Part shown: positions 56,201-58,960 of the stretch, piece after piece
How the letters are laid out: each line of letters begins with the position of its first letter
How positions within the stretch are numbered: position 1 is the first letter of the stretch
DNA from: Nemertoderma westbladi
Lineage: Eukaryota; Animalia; Xenacoelomorpha
Reading direction: 5' to 3'
Assembly: GCA_032718475.1 (NCBI GenBank)
Contig: JAUCBJ010004680.1
Span: 1 to 58,960 of the forward strand
Length of the DNA stretch: 58,960 nucleotides
Translations under genes and position numbers: made by a program
Notes under the pieces: model-generated
Told to the model about the DNA's origin: nothing
The model's input: only the letters and a program-made list of their open reading frames with translations
Databases searched by the model: none

Positions 56201-58960
56201 CTCCATATACAACCCACCTGTACTTTGTCACCATAGAGATACTCCATATACAACCCACTGTACTTTGTCACCATAGAGAGATACTCCATATACAACCCAC
56301 TGTACTTTATCACCATAGAGATACTCCATATACAACCCACCTGTACTTTATCACCATAGAGATACTCCATACACAACCCACCTGTACTTTATCACCATAG
56401 AGATACTCCATACACAACCCACCTGTACTTTGTCACCATAGAGATACTCCATACACAACCCACCTGTACTTTGTCACCATAGAGAGATACTCCATACACA
56501 ACCCACCTGTACTTTGTCACCATAGAGATACTCCATATACAACCCACTGTACTTTATCACCATAGAGATACTCCATACACAACCCACCTGTACTTTGTCA
56601 CCATAGAGATACTCCATATACAACCCACCTGTACTTTGTCACCATAGAGAGATACTCCATATACAACCCACTGTACTTTATCACCATAGAGATACTCCAT
56701 ACACAACCCACTGTACTTTATCACCATAGAGATACTCCATACACAACCCACCTGTACTTTGTCACCATAGAGATACTCCATATACAACCCACCTGTACTT
56801 TGTCACCATAGAGATACTCCATATACAACCCACTGTACTTTATCACCATAGAGATACTCCATATACAACCCACTGTACTTTATCACCATAGAGATACTCC
56901 ATACACAACCCACCTGTACTTTGTCACCATAGAGATACTCCATACACAACCCACCTGTACTTTGTCACCATAGAGATACTCCATACACAACCCACCTGTA
57001 CTTTGTCACCATAGAGATACTCCATACACAACCCACCTGTACTTTGTCACCATAGAGATACTCCATACACAACCCACCTGTACTTTGTCACCATAGAGAT
57101 ACTCCATACACAACCCACCTGTACTTTGTCACCATAGAGATACTCCATATACAACCCACCTGTACTTTGTCACCATAGAGATACTCCATATACAACCCAC
57201 TGTACTTTGTCACCATAGAGATACTCCATATACAACCCACTGTACTTTATCACCATAGAGATACTCCATACACAACCCACTGTACTTTATCACCATAGAG
57301 ATACTCCATACACAACCCACCTGTACTTTGTCACCATAGAGATACTCCATATACAACCCACTGTACTTTGTCACCATAGAGATACTCCATATACAACCCA
57401 CCTGTACTTTATCACCATAGAGATACTCCATACACAACCCACCTGTACTTTGTCACCATAGAGAGAGATACTCCATATACAACCCACTGTACTTTATCAC
57501 CATAGAGATACTCCATACACAACCCACTGTACTTTGTCACCATAGAGATACTCCATATACAACCCACCTGTACTTTGTCACCATAGAGATACTCCATATA
57601 CAACCCACCTGTACTTTGTCACCATAGAGATACTCCATATACAACCCACCTGTACTTTGTCACCATAGAGAGATACTCCATATACAACCCACTGTACTTT
57701 GTCACCATAGAGATACTCCATATACAACCCACCTGTACTTTATCACCATAGAGATACTCCATATACAACCCACCTGTACTTTGTCACCATAGAGATACTC
57801 CATATACAACCCACTGTACTTTGTCACCATAGAGATACTCCATACACAACCCACCTGTACTTTGTCACCATAGAGATACTCCATATACAACCCACCTGTA
57901 CTTTATCACCATAGAGATACTCCATATACAACCCACCTGTACTTTGTCACCATAGAGATACTCCATATACAACCCACTGTACTTTGTCACCATAGAGATA
58001 CTCCATATACAACCCACTGTACTTTATCACCATAGAGATACTCCATACACAACCCACCTGTACTTTGTCACCATAGAGATACTCCATATACAACCCACCT
58101 GTACTTTATCACCATAGAGATACTCCATATACAACCCACCTGTACTTTGTCACCATAGAGATACTCCATATACAACCCACTGTACTTTGTCACCATAGAG
58201 ATACTCCATATACAACCCACTGTACTTTATCACCATAGAGATACTCCATATACAACCCACCTGTACTTTGTCACCATAGAGATACTCCATATACAACCCA
58301 CTGTACTTTATCACCATAGAGATACTCCATACACAACCCACCTGTACTTTGTCACCATAGAGATACTCCATATACAACCCACCTGTACTTTATCACCATA
58401 GAGATACTCCATATACAACCCACCTGTACTTTGTCACCATAGAGATACTCCATATACAACCCACCTGTACTTTGTCACCATAGAGATACTCCATATACAA
58501 CCCACCTGTACTTTGTCACCATAGAGATACTCCATATACAACCCACCTGTACTTTATCACCATAGAGATACTCCATATACAACCCACCTGTACTTTATCA
58601 CCATAGAGATACTCCATATACAACCCACTGTACTTTATCACCATAGAGATACTCCATATACAACCCACTGTACTTTGTCACCATAGAGATACTCCATATA
58701 CAACCCACCTGTACTTTGTCACCATAGAGATACTCCATATACAACCCACCTGTACTTTGTCACCATAGAGATACTCCATATACAACCCACCTGTACTTTG
58801 TCACCATAGAGATACTCCATATACAACCCACCTGTACTTTGTCACCATAGAGATACTCCATATACAACCCACCTGTACTTTGTCACCATAGAGATACTCC
58901 ATATACAACCCACTGTACTTTATCACCATAGAGATACTCCATATACAACCCACTGTACTT
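38277..58960. repeat. 41-bp satellite (atatacaacccacctgtactttgtcaccatagagatactcc), >20.6 kb, ~500 copies, runs off the window end
   Basis: Tandem array with 40, 43 and 45-bp length variants and a few recurring SNP variants. It explains all ORFs from 38.2 kb onwards. Confidence 0.98.

Noticed and set aside
38277-58960. CRISPR array or repeat-protein gene (MEILHIQPTCTLSP..., MYMEYLYGDKVQ...)
   Set aside because: Units are contiguous with no unique spacers, there are no cas genes, and the context is a eukaryotic intron. The 41-bp period cycles through all frames with frequent stops.

Overview
Eukaryotic, intron-containing (most likely animal) genomic DNA. The minus strand carries the middle of a cytoplasmic dynein-2 heavy chain gene (DYNC2H1). 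I can splice seven exons in frame with canonical GT-AG sites: 22620-22446, 21556-21391, 21155-20888, 20670-20437, 16487-16305, 4814-4657, and a single exon of >4.28 kb (4280 to beyond base 1). That large exon encodes the linker, AAA1, AAA2 and AAA3 and is missed by the ORF track. About three quarters of the window is intronic tandem repeat, with units of 16, 27, 30, 30-34, 31, 33, 35, 41 and 81 bp; nearly all ORFs in the track are repeat or antisense artefacts. The intron upstream of 22621 appears to be >36 kb long. It holds an intronless, same-strand 448-aa His-rich multi-pass membrane protein gene (25865-24519), a tRNA-derived SINE-like element and several foldback/MITE-like elements. The most striking pattern is that the 33-bp and 81-bp arrays, probably the 41-bp array and possibly a 30-bp array look like amplified copies of the host gene's own exon/intron junctions. 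The introns therefore hold tens to hundreds of decoy splice sites, and the 41-bp unit predicts how the next upstream exon, outside the window, should end.
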